The notes beneath the pieces were generated by a model that searched no databases, had not been told where the DNA came from, and saw only the letters and a program-made list of their open reading frames with translations. From Zygnema circumcarinatum SAG 698-1b (Eukaryota; Plantae; Zygnematophyceae): 64,000 bases of DNA. The number at the start of each line of letters is the position of its first letter. Position 1 is the first letter of the stretch. Position numbers and translations under genes: made by a program. Location of the stretch: contig CM074804.1 of the NCBI GenBank assembly GCA_037447605.1, positions 6,735,909-6,799,908 of the forward strand, given 5' to 3'. Positions 38,571 through 50,647 of the stretch are shown here, in pieces.

Positions 38571-41555
38571 ATGACGTCGGGATTTTATGCGTGCTACCTT
38601 CTCTGCTCGCTTAATCCTCGTGCCAAGGGGCGCTCGTACATTGGGTGCGTGCTGGCTCTGACAGGGGCCTAATTTAGCCCTGCTGTGGATCACGAGCACA
38701 TCTCCGTCTTTCTCGCACCGCTGCGTGCTGCATATTGAATGGTGTCACAGCCTATCTGTTTCTAATTCCACCATGAAAGGATTTTTTAACACAAATTTGC
38801 GCTTTATTGGGAAGGAGGGGTAGAGGGAAGCCATGAAACCCAGCTACGTTAACAGCGTCATTAGCAAATTTTAATTTTGCAGGTTTACTACCAATCCGAG
38901 TCGTCGCATTCGGCAGCACAATGGCGACCTCAAAAGCGGAGCATATCGTACCCGGCGATTGCGGCCATGGGAAATGGTCGTCGTGGTGTACGGCTTCGCT
39001 TCTCAGGTGCATGCTTTGCAGGTATGGGGATATTCTCTTGTGCTTCCATGGCCATGGATGTACTCCTTTACGAGGTCTGCTAGAGGCAGGGGGCTGTCGT
39101 TGCTCCAGAGACAATGTGATGGGAGCACGTGCTGGTCACAAGAACAAGGGCGGGTTGAGAGGTGTTTAAGCCCTTGAAACAGCTTTTTTTGGTGACCTGT
39201 TACGTGGTGGGTCCATAATAGTCCGTAAATCTGCCGCTCGAATGTGGTTTGTATGCAGTTTGAGTGGGCATGGCAGCATCCCAAAAGGTCAAAGCTGGTC
39301 AGAGACGCTGCGGCAGCCATGACATTGCAGGCAGGTGTCAAAGGGAAGTTGCTTCTCCTGTACACCATGCTGGGTCTTCCACCGTGGAGAAGGTAAGCAT
39401 TCCTGCTTCCATTTCATGTAATAATGCATTTTCATGCCATCTAAACTCATGAAACAATCATACATGTACAACAGACGCATGTGAACGCGCTACTTCACGC
39501 CTTTCTTGTGGGAGTAGCCAGAGGGTTGTATCGTTTCTTCGGTAAAGATAACTTCTTGTTTTTTTTTCCCTCGTCCGGCAGTGATTTGGATTTGCCTGAT
39601 ACTCTGTTTTCTAACTTTGCAGTCTACCAATGACTGTCCACTTTCTGTCTCCACGATACCTATCGCATCGAACGAAGTGTCCAGCCCTTCCTGCGCACAT
39701 GCACACTGTTATTGCGTCCTTGGCGGAGCTGCCACGAGGAGCAGCAGGGCAGGCGATCGATGAAAATGAAGACGAATGCGAGCCATCGGATGAGGGTGAA
39801 GCTTGCTGCGAGGAGCAAGGCACCAGTACTGGGTCTGAAAACTCTGAGGAAGATGTAGATGATCACGAAGGCAGGAACAGGATTTGGGAAGGAAATGACC
39901 ATCGTAACTGCAATGTCATAGATGGTGTGTCGACTATGAGTGGGGCAGGAGCAACTGGAGGAGGAGGCAGCTTTAGTGGCAGGGAGGGGTTAAGCTTTAG
40001 GAAGGAACTTTTGAATGCATCCGAATTGGACAACGGAAAGAAGAAGAGGAAGACACGTGACAACATAAGGGAAACTCGGAGCATTTTGCAGGAGGTAGTT
40101 GGGAAGAACCAAAGTGCAACCGCAACAAAGGCGGCCCTCGTGTCGCCCGAAGAAAATTTAGAGATTTTGCAGGAGATGGGCAAGAGAGTCAGGATAGCGG
40201 GAATGGCTGTGCCAAAGGAAGCAGGGAACTATCCTGAGTGGCTGCAGAGCCTGAAGAATAATCAACGTTTGCACGACACGTGGTCAACTACTTTGCAAGG
40301 GGCGGCTGGCAAGCAACCTGCACGAGCAGAGCTTGCAGAACTCCTCCCACAGGCACGCCCAGCCGACAGTCTCCCTACCTCAACTTTCGTGCATTCACCT
40401 GTCCACTGGAAGGGGCCTCCCATCTCAGTTCCCTTGGATAGTGCCTCTTTAAAGTGCAGCTCTCCCACTTCCCCGTTGCCTTTGTCCAGAATACAGCCAT
40501 CTGATCACAACGGGAATTTAAGCCCTCTATGGTCATTCTCCCCTAGATCTCCTTGTTCTCTAGTTGAGAAAGAGACACATGATTCGACAATGGAGGTCCA
40601 CCAAATTAATTCCAAACGAGTTGTTGATGAGAAAGAAAACTTAAAGAAGCCATCAGAGGAGCAGGAGTGCAGGTGTGCAGTGCCGTTGTATGCGCTTGAA
40701 CAGAGCAGAATTTGGACTGGCCAAGGGCTTAGGAGAGCACTTCCTTCAGGCGCTGCACTCGGCACATCTGCGCTTTTGGCACCTGTTATTGATCTGAGTG
40801 ACTCACCTTCTCCAGCCTCATTGAAAACCTCTTTTCTCAAAAGGATACCACGAAGTTCTGCCTTCGATGGTGAATCACGGAAAGGAAGGAATCGGATGAC
40901 AGATTGGTATGAAGAATCGACTGATAGCGAAAATTGTCCGCCACACGTAGTTGAAAAGCCAACAGCAGCATGTGCTTTTGGGTATATTGATAGCCCGTGT
41001 CGAGAAAAGAGAACCTTTTCAGACAGGGTCCACAGCAAGGGTGGTAGACAGAAACCTAATCTTATGAGGGTTGGTCCTTCTGAGACTGTGGATGTTTCTC
41101 AAATGGATTCTAGAGATCACAATGGCGCTGTTGTAGGAGACATAGCTCCTCTGCCTCCTCCAATGTCACCCAATCTCGGAGGCTCCTTAGGGATTGGTCT
41201 CCCTTATTCAGCTTCCGATAAACTGCAGCGACATATGGGTGGAGCCATTCCTGTGGTCCGGTGCCTTTCACCGTCGTTGGATGGCCGTAGAATGGAGCTG
41301 AAGGAGGAGGAAGTGATAGAAATGGGTCCAGGATGGGCGCCATTGGAGCTCTCTGATCTCAGAGGTGAGAGAAAGCGAAGTTGCAACCAAGGAGATATGG
41401 GAGCGCGACATGTATATAGCCGACACAGTCGAGAAAATCAATTTCTGCTGTCATCAGACCAAGATGACCAAATGACGGAAAGAAGAGCAGTCGTAGCCGT
41501 TGATGGACATGATGTCCGCATGGTGAGATCCTCCCCCCCTCCCTCCCAATCTTGA
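38571..41555 (+). CDS. SLX1: SLX1/HIGLE-like GIY-YIG structure-specific endonuclease with long C-terminal extension (about 760 aa, 4 exons)
   Basis: Exons 38571-38644 ([25 protein letters not shown]), 38883-39021 ([30 protein letters not shown]), 39259-39392 (FEWAWQHP) and 39623-41555. Intron phases are consistent. Confidence 0.92.
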
Positions 41556-42509
41556 GGCTATTACTAGCGTCAATTAGGGTTCAAATGACAATCTGACTCT
41601 GTCATGCATTGTCTGATGCATCTTTTGTTTTGGGAGATTATTTGCAGACACAAACGTTTCCGAACACATGTGCCACTTCCTCTATTGGGTTGGCGGACCA
41701 TTACTCATCTCCATGTCGAGAGGAAAGCAAACGGTGTGACGGAATTCAAGCGAAAAATGTCATTGTTTTGTTAAGTCCTTAGCAAGAAGTCTGCGTTGTA
41801 GGAATGCGAATGAGCTCAATTTCAGCACATCTACAGCCACTGCTTTGTGCAGTGCAGAGGCACGCATACAGAACGAAGGGATTTGCCGATGATACCAATC
41901 AAATGCTGCAGATTTTACATTATTATTTTAGCATTCATGTACTATTGTAGCTGTATTGTATTAGATTGGCAGTGAAACTCTGGACAGGCCTAACGTGAAC
42001 ATGAGAACGGGGTGAAAATGAAGTCGTGGGCGACCTGCACGTGCTTACCGACATGAATAATTCGGACCTGAGGCTTCATTTTGACCCCCTGCGGTTCCAT
42101 GGCTCGAAAGTTCCTTAATTCAAAGACGGCTTTGCCTTTTTGTGGTTTTGTAGCTTTTAAGACCTCCCATTGGAAGGAAAAATCTTAGGTTTTACATGCA
42201 ACAGTGGAACAGAAGGACCAATTTAGCCAACGAAAGTCTCCAAGAATATTCGCACCAATCCACCCATCAGCCATGGACGTGCTCTCGGTCCAAATAGGTA
42301 ATTCTTCAAAGGCAAGTTTCCTATAAGTCACAAGACAAGCTTCTCTCCAATACGTATAGAAGGTCGTGGCCTATGTACATTATGCTGCGAATAGCTCTAC
42401 TAGCATTCTCGTTTACAGCCAATATTCACAAGGGCAAGGTCCACATCTGCATCGCAAATGCTGGCAAGGCCATGCCACGGGTTTGATGGATGCATGACGT
42501 AGTGGCTCG

Positions 42510-45500
42510 TCATTTTTCAGCAGTGACGTAGGTGCTCTCAAAAATCTTATCCGCATTCCCGACTTCAAATCCGTCTCGCCGATGATGCTCCCGGATCTGC
42601 AATAAACAAACATGGACAGCACAAGCCACAGCGCATTCTCAGTTGTCTGTCGCCGAGACGTGCTTCGTGTCTGCGCCTAACTTCGGAGATATATCGAAAA
42701 GAACAATCAAGTTGAGGAAGTTTGCTGTTGATGGCTGCCAGCGTTTTCTAACAATACGAGCAAATGTTAACCAAGCGAGAAGCAAACCAGCCTACAACAA
42801 GCGCTTTGTTTGCAGAGAGTTAGCATTCCGGGCCCTACTGCAACAAAGGATATTTTCACTTGTCCCATAAAAGCTTTCAGCAAGACACAAGTGTTGCGGT
42901 TCCTGCCTCCTTCGGAAATTGGATAACCGAGACATTCAGAAACAGATAAAAGGAGTTAAGCGAAGGAGCAGAAAATCAAAAGGACCTGTACACATTCCTT
43001 CATATGGCTTAACTTTGAACCATGTGGCTTTCCTTACGTTCAGGTTTTCAGCAGATTGTTAACATTCAAACAACTGCATAAGCACGCAAAGGGATCGTCT
43101 TGCATATTTATTCAGAATTTACTAAAACACCCATAAGAGCCTCCCATTTGGCCTTGCACTCGCCCTCGTTCACCTCCTCATATCCCCTCTTCCCCTCCTG
43201 ACCCCTCTAATCTCCTTCCCTCGACCATTCCCGTTCCTAGTCCTCTTCATTCACTTTCACCTCTTTCACTCCCTAATTCCTACCTCATTCCTCCTCGCAT
43301 CCCTCGTTCTCCCTCTTCGATTACCCCGCCCCAATCCCTCCTCCCCATCCCCATTTCCCATTTCTCCCATTCCTCCTCCCCCCTCCCCAACCCCCCCTTC
43401 CCTCCCTTTCCCCCTACCCTCTTACTCCAACTTTTTAAAGACATAAAATGTACACAGAGAATAGTTATCTTTATCGCCGTTCTCATACACTATATTTGAC
43501 GATAGTTGGAGATGACAATGAACAGTTTCGCACTGACCTGGTCAGATGGCAGGTGGCTGAATTGAGGCAACGGCAATCGTTCTGCAAACTCAATATACGA
43601 AGAGGGAATATTCTCCAAACTACCCTCTGCAAAGTGGAACGTAGATGAATCCGCTACTGTTGAGCTTTGTAGGAGCCTGCCATCAGGACTCACTGCCACA
43701 TAGACCACGAAACCATTATCCTTAGTAAAAGAAGCTCTCTTCTGACCCAGATGGGATGAAAGTAGTGCAAATATCCGCAACCGTTAAGTATCCGCAACAA
43801 TGCTAATGTTTGACTAATCGAAGTTGCAAAGCACAGGATGGTACGGAAACCGGCATTTGAACGTCCTACTGAGTAACCTCATTACAACAATGAAAAATGA
43901 TAATTTGAGCAAAGGTTTGTGAGCATGGAAGCATGGAGGGAGCTATAACACGCTCATTTGCAATACTCTAGACTCGGTTTGCAAGTTTCCTCACCCTTTA
44001 ACACCCCTCCTTCAAGATTAAGGCGAAATCCATTATCTTGCAAGAAGCTATTGAGGTATCTGATGTCATGCAGACGTGACTTCAAGTGGTGAACTGCCAC
44101 TGTTGTGTGATTAAGTGCATAGCCATGAGCCAATGTCCAGGCGGCATACTCACTCTCACTGCACAACAGTGACAATCCAAACAATCTGTGTTGAGAATTC
44201 CTTGCCTGACTAATTTCTAAGCCAACACTGAAACTTTCTAGAGTTCTTGCGACCTTTTGTTAGCTTCTCCTGGAACCACGAGGGCCATCCCGAGCGCTGG
44301 AGGCGATTCCGGCAAGGTCTCTGCACTACAGTTTTGGGGATAGCTCCTCAAATTTCCCAAAACGAGAGCGTACTATTACGGAACTCAGTATTGCTGACGA
44401 CGAGTGAGGCTGTCTTAATATTTTTCCACAAGATTGCTGCATCTCGAATAGTCATCTGCACTGTACCGTGAGTGTGGCCTCAAATCTTGGCTTCCATGGG
44501 ACGACTGCCAAAGATTGTGCATGTTCCACCCCATTAAAAGCGAAATGCGATGAGCAATTCCACTCATATCTGGCTCACGGATCCTCCACTGCAAAGGGCT
44601 TTCCAGAAAAGAACGAACCTGGCAAGCCGCTTGTAGTCCGATTGAGTCGGTGTCGGCCATGGCAGGGCTCCCACTGCACTCGCAATTGCCGCATACTTCG
44701 CTCGGCCAATCGCCTTATCGGTGTACTTCCTTATGATTGCCTGTTCACAGCCCTCTTTGGAACACGTGAGCACAGGCTTAACGCGTGACAACTAACTGTT
44801 TGAATGCAATAATGTCGATGGAAAGTTGCAGATTAGCAGAATTGGGGTACTTGTGGGGATGAGACAAGGCTGGGTCAATATAAAGAAAACAAAGCTCCAA
44901 AGCTCATCCATGCTTCCGTCCGGCAAAAAAAATGCTTGTCTGTGAAGGGCTGGAGATGAGCTCTGCGGTTTTAGCAAAAAGCCAATCATTTTTGGCTACT
45001 GGCTGAAAGTATGAGCATTATGTTTAGAATTTCACCTTGTCAAACACTCACCTGCGCATCATCACTGAGCTGCTCCACGAGTAGCTCCGAAATGAAGATA
45101 CGTGGCAATGGCCCGTTGATGCCATCTTGGTTGAGATCGTCATTATCACTTTCAGGCGGCGCAAACCAATAGGCCCTAAGCTTCTTGGCCGGAAAAACGA
45201 GTTCATCTCTTTGTGTATAGCCAAAGTCGAGGAAAACATCGCTTAATGACGATATTCCTAAACCGTTGACCTGTAAAATGAATAAAACAACAGGGGGTGC
45301 GAAAATCGTCATGAAAAAGGAAAAAAGGTTGAGAAAGGAATGAAGATATAGATACGAATGCATGAAGCAAAACAGTCCTGCATTCGTTGCTTTTGGACAT
45401 GGATACATGATAGGAAATGACGTGCTCTAGAGAGGAGTAAGTCGATAATGACGTATTCTAGGTTCGGACACAACTGTGTATATCATTTTTAGTGTTCCGA

Positions 45501-46760
45501 TTGCACGCATTTTTTAGGCTGAAGTATTTAGAGCTAAACAATTAGAAGGTGAATGGAACTCTTTTGGTGCCCATCTGCGATCTTTAGAAGAAAAGGGTTT
45601 GATAGGGTTGACATTGTCTTGACTTCGCTCCTTCGGTTTCGCGTGCCATAAAGCGTCAATCGTTTTGCTTCCCTTTGAGCGATTGACAACTTACCCCGAA
45701 TGTGCGAAATGCAAAATGATCGAAGTGTATGGGCCCATCTTCTTCTCGACGAACAAGGTCCATCGCAGTAACAGCCGTTGGATTCTTCTGTGTATACGGC
45801 TGCATGATCGTGCTCAAAAGGCCACGCAAAAGATTTGATGCAGTGTAGCTCTGCAAAGGGGTCAACGGTAGGGAACTTAAGAGTTTGAAGCAGAAAACAG
45901 AGTTGTCTACTTCGTTTCTGCTGTTTGAAAGAACAATTTCTCAACATCAACTGGCAATGCTTGACGTTTTGCAGTCCAGCTTCGAAATTTGATCATCCTA
46001 CTGGAAAAGCATGTGGTTGTCGAGAAGGCCGAAAAAACCTGACACTAAACTCAGGTTTTTCGTAGTCCGTTAAGCATGCCAATTTATTAAGCACTCTACG
46101 GACTTGTGCAGGACATCACAACTCTCTGTCACATGTACCACGATGGCCGGCAAAGAAAGGCCAACAACCTTTCATTAGGGAATGGGCATAATTGCAGTAG
46201 CTTCAAGAGCATACAGAGAAGCATGTCTCTCTGCTGTATATGCTCTCACATACACAGGACAGCGTCTTGCGCTATGAACTAACGACGTGAGTCCTCATAG
46301 GCTGGAACTGGCTGGTTTGACTGACTGGCGGATTAACTTCTTGCCAAGGCCGGTGACGATTTATTCGAGGTCGGTGGCTTCTATTTTGCAACGAAAAATT
46401 CCCTCACATATCCGGCACGTGACACTTGAGAAAAAAACGCTGAACGGATTCGCGGGGGGATGTAGTAAGCCACGGCTACTTCTGCCTTGAGCATACCCGC
46501 GGATGCTGCTGTGCCGACCCTTGCTTGTTGTCAGTCAGTGACGCAGTCGTCCTTTTTTCCCATGCCGGCACCATTGCTGCTCTCCGCACATTCAGCAAGT
46601 GCTTCACCTTTCCCTGCCGAAATGGAGAGACGTCAATTGAAACCGGAAATGACTGCTCTGTGGAAACGCGGGCAGAAGCATGGACGAGGCATCTGTGCGC
46701 GGTGTGCGTGAGCGCGCGACCCATGCGGCTGCCGGCAGAGCCAGCAGCAGTGGGCAGCAT
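42510..46760 (-). CDS. DUF1338 2-oxoadipate dioxygenase/decarboxylase (HglS/FLO7-like), plastid-targeted (7 exons)
   Basis: Exons 46760-46497, 45850-45695 (IHFDHFAFRTFG), 45270-45052 (KKLRAYWFAPP..LPRIFISELLV), 44740-44619, 44158-43995 (ESEYAAWTLAHGYALNHTTV), 43692-43538 (VSPDGRLLQSST..SYIEFAER) and 42596-42510 (RRDGFEVGNADKIFEST). Phases are consistent. Confidence 0.93.
43140..43430. repeat. C/T-rich low-complexity tract in the last intron of the DUF1338 gene
   Basis: About 290 bp strongly dominated by C and T on the + strand. Confidence 0.75.
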
Positions 46761-47419
46761 GCCCGGGACGGGGCCAGGGATAGGGGTAGAGGCCAGGCTG
46801 CAGCGAAGGCGACGGCGGGAATGTGAAGGCGGAGGCAGCGTGCAGAGCGGGGCGGCCGACTGGCGGCTATGTCCTTACTGTACGTCTTCCAAGCTCCGGC
46901 TCGGCCCGCCCGCCCGCCCGTACACGCGCGAGCCAACTGCAAATGGCGGAATGAATGAACCATTGCATCGCGCGCACAGGACCTGTTGTTGTTGTTGTTG
47001 TTGACGTTATTGTTGTTGTTGTTGTTGTTGTGTGAAGGGGAATGACACATTCTTACTTACAGCATACACAAGATGAACACAACACACAGTCCCATTGGAG
47101 CAACACATAACTCATAAACACTTTCTTTATTTCATCAAAGTTCTCCTTACATTTCACTTCATCCTCTTTTCTCATTTCCTCTAAGACTTCGCATCTACGC
47201 AGCTCTTTGTTTTCTACTTTCTGTCTAAGCTTTGAGAACACTCTCTTCCTGAACCTTCATCCGCTGCGATGCATCGCCTTGCACTTCTCGTCCTCCTCGG
47301 ACCTTCCCGAAAGCTTTAACACAGGCGGCCACTTTCCATCCGTACATTTTTTGTACAACATCCGTATACTTTCCGTTCAACCTACAACATCACAATCCAT
47401 CACAATCTCCCTCTTGATG

Positions 47420-47865
47420 CAAGGGTTGACAACTCAAGCCCTCATCAAACCAACAAGCCTACAACACCTATCGATCATAAGTCTTGCCTTTGTCATCATA
47501 TTTGCCGCTTGCTCAGTTGTGTGAACATACTTTAACTCTATCTATTTCTTGGTCACTAACTCTCGAATAAAATGATACCTCAAATCTATATGCTTTGTTC
47601 TCTTATGATAAACCGGATCCTTGACTAACGCAATGAAGCTTTGACCATCGCTCCACATCATTAGTTTTGGCTGCAGCTCCTTCAACTCTACACACAGTTG
47701 CTACAACCATTTATTTTCCTTTGTTGCATGACATGCCGCCACATACTCTGCCTCCACGCTGCTCAAACGCCACACATTCTTGAAGCTTGCTTTTCCAAGA
47801 AATTGCTACTCCTGCATGGTATCCATTGGTACTACTGCCTGTATCAACACATCCTCCCCAATCAA
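47420..47865 (-). pseudogene. Decayed Copia RNase H domain
   Basis: Minus-strand translation [27 protein letters not shown] / SSVEAEYVAACHATKE..DPVYHKRTKHIDLRYHFIRE..EQAANMMTK, with a frameshift and in-frame stops. Confidence 0.88.
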
Positions 47866-47867
47866 AA

Positions 47868-48920
47868 TCACAGTAGCAAATAACCTTTGTTGTCCTTCAA
47901 TCCTCTTTGTTTACCAAATCCGGCTCTTCCTTTACTCTGTGGTTTATGAAAGCAATGACGAGCCACATGACCTTGCTTTCCACAAACAAAGCATCCTTCT
48001 CCCTTGTTATCTTCAATCTGTCCATTAGCACCTCTCCAAACTCCTCCCCAAACTCCTCCGCCGCCACCTCTACCTCTGCCTATACTGGAACTCCTTGAGT
48101 TACTCCAGCAATCCTTTGCAAGATGTCCAGGTTTTCCACAGTTATAGCATGATGTATGTTGTGCCTGCCCTGTGCGTCCTCTTCCACTTAATGAGTCTCC
48201 ACAGAATGAACCCCCCCTTGCTCCTCGACCTCTTCCTTTAAAATTGGCCGCATAATCATCCACCTGTTCTCCTCCATCTGGATCTCCGCTCTGACTATGG
48301 AATGCCTCACTAAGCTGAGATCTATGACCTACAAATCGTTGAATCCTTTGCTTGTTATATTGCTTTGATTCTGCTGCCCTCAAAATACCTTTTACCGCCT
48401 CTACATCACTCAACTGTTGGGTTCTGATATGACTCACATACATTGTAGCTCTCTCCTCACAACACCGTAGAAGCGCATAGATCTGCTGCTCCTCAGAAAT
48501 AGTTCCACCTACATCTTCATACTGCCTTATTAAGACTTCAAATCTTAAGATGAACTCATCAATAGACTCTCTCCTTGAAAGACTTAAAGTCATGAACTCT
48601 GCCCATAGAGAATTCCTTACAACTGTAGATTTCTTCAAATGAATCTCTTTTAATTTGTCCCACATCTCCTTTGCGGTCTCCTTGCCCCCAATAAGAATAA
48701 GATGATTTTGGTCCACAAGACTAGCAATATGAAATTTAGCCTCACAATCTAATTCCTTCCATTTCTCCAAAGCTGGCCTTGCCGCCGCTGGTTTAGCATA
48801 TGCACCTTCAACGACGTCCCAACATCCTTCCTTCTGCAGCTTGATTTTGGCGAAGATCTTCCAAGCTGAATAATTCGTTCCATTGAACAGGATCTTCCCT
48901 TCATCACTGATCTTACTCAT
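47868..48920 (-). CDS. Copia Gag protein, 350 aa, uninterrupted, two CCHC zinc knuckles
   Basis: ATG at 48920; [11 protein letters not shown] motif, [12 protein letters not shown] (UBN2-like), [14 protein letters not shown] and [14 protein letters not shown]. Confidence 0.9.
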   Translation of the reverse strand: MSKISDEGKILFNGTNYSAWKIFAKIKLQKEGCWDVVEGAYAKPAAARPALEKWKELDCEAKFHIASLVDQNHLILIGGKETAKEMWDKLKEIHLKKSTVVRNSLWAEFMTLSLSRRESIDEFILRFEVLIRQYEDVGGTISEEQQIYALLRCCEERATMYVSHIRTQQLSDVEAVKGILRAAESKQYNKQRIQRFVGHRSQLSEAFHSQSGDPDGGEQVDDYAANFKGRGRGARGGSFCGDSLSGRGRTGQAQHTSCYNCGKPGHLAKDCWSNSRSSSIGRGRGGGGGVWGGVWRGANGQIEDNKGEGCFVCGKQGHVARHCFHKPQSKGRAGFGKQRGLKDNKGYLLL

Positions 48921-49364
48921 TTTCTTCTCTAACTAAGAATCTCCTTCTATCCTTTCTCTATGCTTACTCACTTGCTCTCTCAATATATCTATCAACAAGC
49001 TCTCTGTCACTCAGCTCTGATACCACATTGTGAAGGGAAATGACACATCCTCACTTACAGCATACACAAGATGAACACAACACACAATCCCATTGGACCA
49101 GCACATAACTCATAAACACTTTTTTTATTTCATCAAAGTCCGCCTTACAGTTCACTTCATCATCTTTTCTCTCGTCCTCTGGTACTCTGCATCTACGCAG
49201 CTCTTCGTTTTCTACTTTCTGTCTAAGCTTCTTGGACACTCCTTCCTGAACCTTCACCCTACTGCGACGCTTCCACTTGCACTTCTCGTCCTCCTCGGAC
49301 GTTCTCGAAAGCTCTCACACACGCGGTCCCTTTTCACCCGTACATTCTCCGTACATCATGCGTA

Positions 49365-49910
49365 CAGTAAGCAGTCATATTTTCGCCATGGGAGGCCAAT
49401 ATGAGGCGAAAATATTGATTTTGCAAATGTAAGGTTCGTGTTACCAATAGCCGGGCGGTGTTATGTTAGAGTTCATGTTGTACCATACGTATCGTACCGC
49501 ACCATATCGTACCGTATCTTATGATATATCGTTTAACATCGTATCGTATCGCTCCATATCGTAATGTATAAGACGTAATTTTCCGCTGTGTTGTTCGTCT
49601 CAGCTCGTACGAATAGTACCGTATCGGGGCGTTTCGTTTCGTTTCGTTTCGTATCGTATCGTATCGTATCGTATCGTAGCCAAGACGAAGTGGGAGAAGA
49701 GCGAGCGCCTCTTACGGCGGCACGTGCGGGGAGATTAGGTGACTTTTGCGTAAGCCCGTAACGGCTAGTACAGCTAGTACGGTTAGTACGGTTAGTACGA
49801 GTCGTACGGCTAACACAAAGTTACCGTGCAAAAAAGTGGTTTCGGCAAAATCGGGGCGAATTTCTTGGGGACGCACTTTTGGAGGTGGAAAATATGATGG
49901 GGTCCTACTG
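49365..49910. mobile_element. Tc1/mariner-like non-autonomous element (546 bp) inserted in the Copia 5' LTR
   Basis: TA|CAGTAAGCAGTCATATTTTC..GAAAATATGATGGGGTCCTACTG|TA: imperfect CAGTA..TCATATTTTC TIRs with a TA TSD. Removing it restores alignment to the other LTR. Interior carries (TTTCG)n and (TATCG)n. Confidence 0.75.
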
Positions 49911-50647
49911 TACTTTCCGTGTGTAACCCGTATGTTTCCGTACAATCCGCAGCATCACAATCGATCGTGTTGTTGTTGTTGTTAGTTTGCGCAGGTTTCA
50001 TTTGACATTGGCACTGGTGACTACGTCGGTGATGGCAAAAGCTTTTTCAACAGTCTTGAACCATGTACGCATATCACTACACATAATCATCATATACAGT
50101 GAAGTGTACAAATGCATTTGGCAAGTCGGCAATGGATGCTGGAACATGAGCAATGAATCTTGTTGCCCAAGCATCATTCACAGGGCTATAGCGACAAGCA
50201 AGGCAGAAGAAAACACCACTCAACCTCTTGGCCAGATTCCGAAATTGTATCCATGCTATATGCCCACAAAAAATGTCCACGATTGAATGCAAACCGCAGG
50301 GTGTGACACGTAAGAACGAGATTCCCAGAGCTGCTTTGTATGTACACTGGTCAAAATTTCCCTTTCTCAAGGTACATTTAGCGAGCAAAACTTGACGTCC
50401 TTCGCCGGGAGAAGGGAGTAGCGGAACCAACACCTACCTGTGTCAACCACGTCTTTATGTACACATACATTGATACATAGCCGAAATGGCAAGCTCAAGA
50501 TACAACTCGGAGCACGTATACTACTAGCCCTTCCCTCTTTAAACTGTAGATATTTCCTATAATAAATCTGCAAGCTGCCTCTTGGCCAGATCCCGACAGC
50601 CAAACTACCTTGTCACCGACGGTTCAGAGAGACCAGCCGCTTCATTT

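Larger units (their letters stand above)
47031..49967 (-). mobile_element. Internally deleted Ty1/Copia LTR retrotransposon (gag + RNase H remnant) inserted in a (TTG)n microsatellite
   Basis: 3' LTR 47031-47404 (TGTGA..TCACA); PPT AAGAGGGAG at 47415-47407; PBS TGGTATCAGAGC (tRNA-iMet) at 49025-49014; 5' LTR 49029 to about 49967, interrupted by a MITE. TTG repeats flank both sides. Confidence 0.92.

Noticed and set aside
47053-49257. Similar 62-68 aa ORF (..KKVFMSYVLxQWDCVLCSSCVCCK) present in both LTRs
   Set aside because: Both tracked starts are GTG, and the upstream ATG in one LTR is out of frame. Similarity follows from LTR homology and purine-rich composition.
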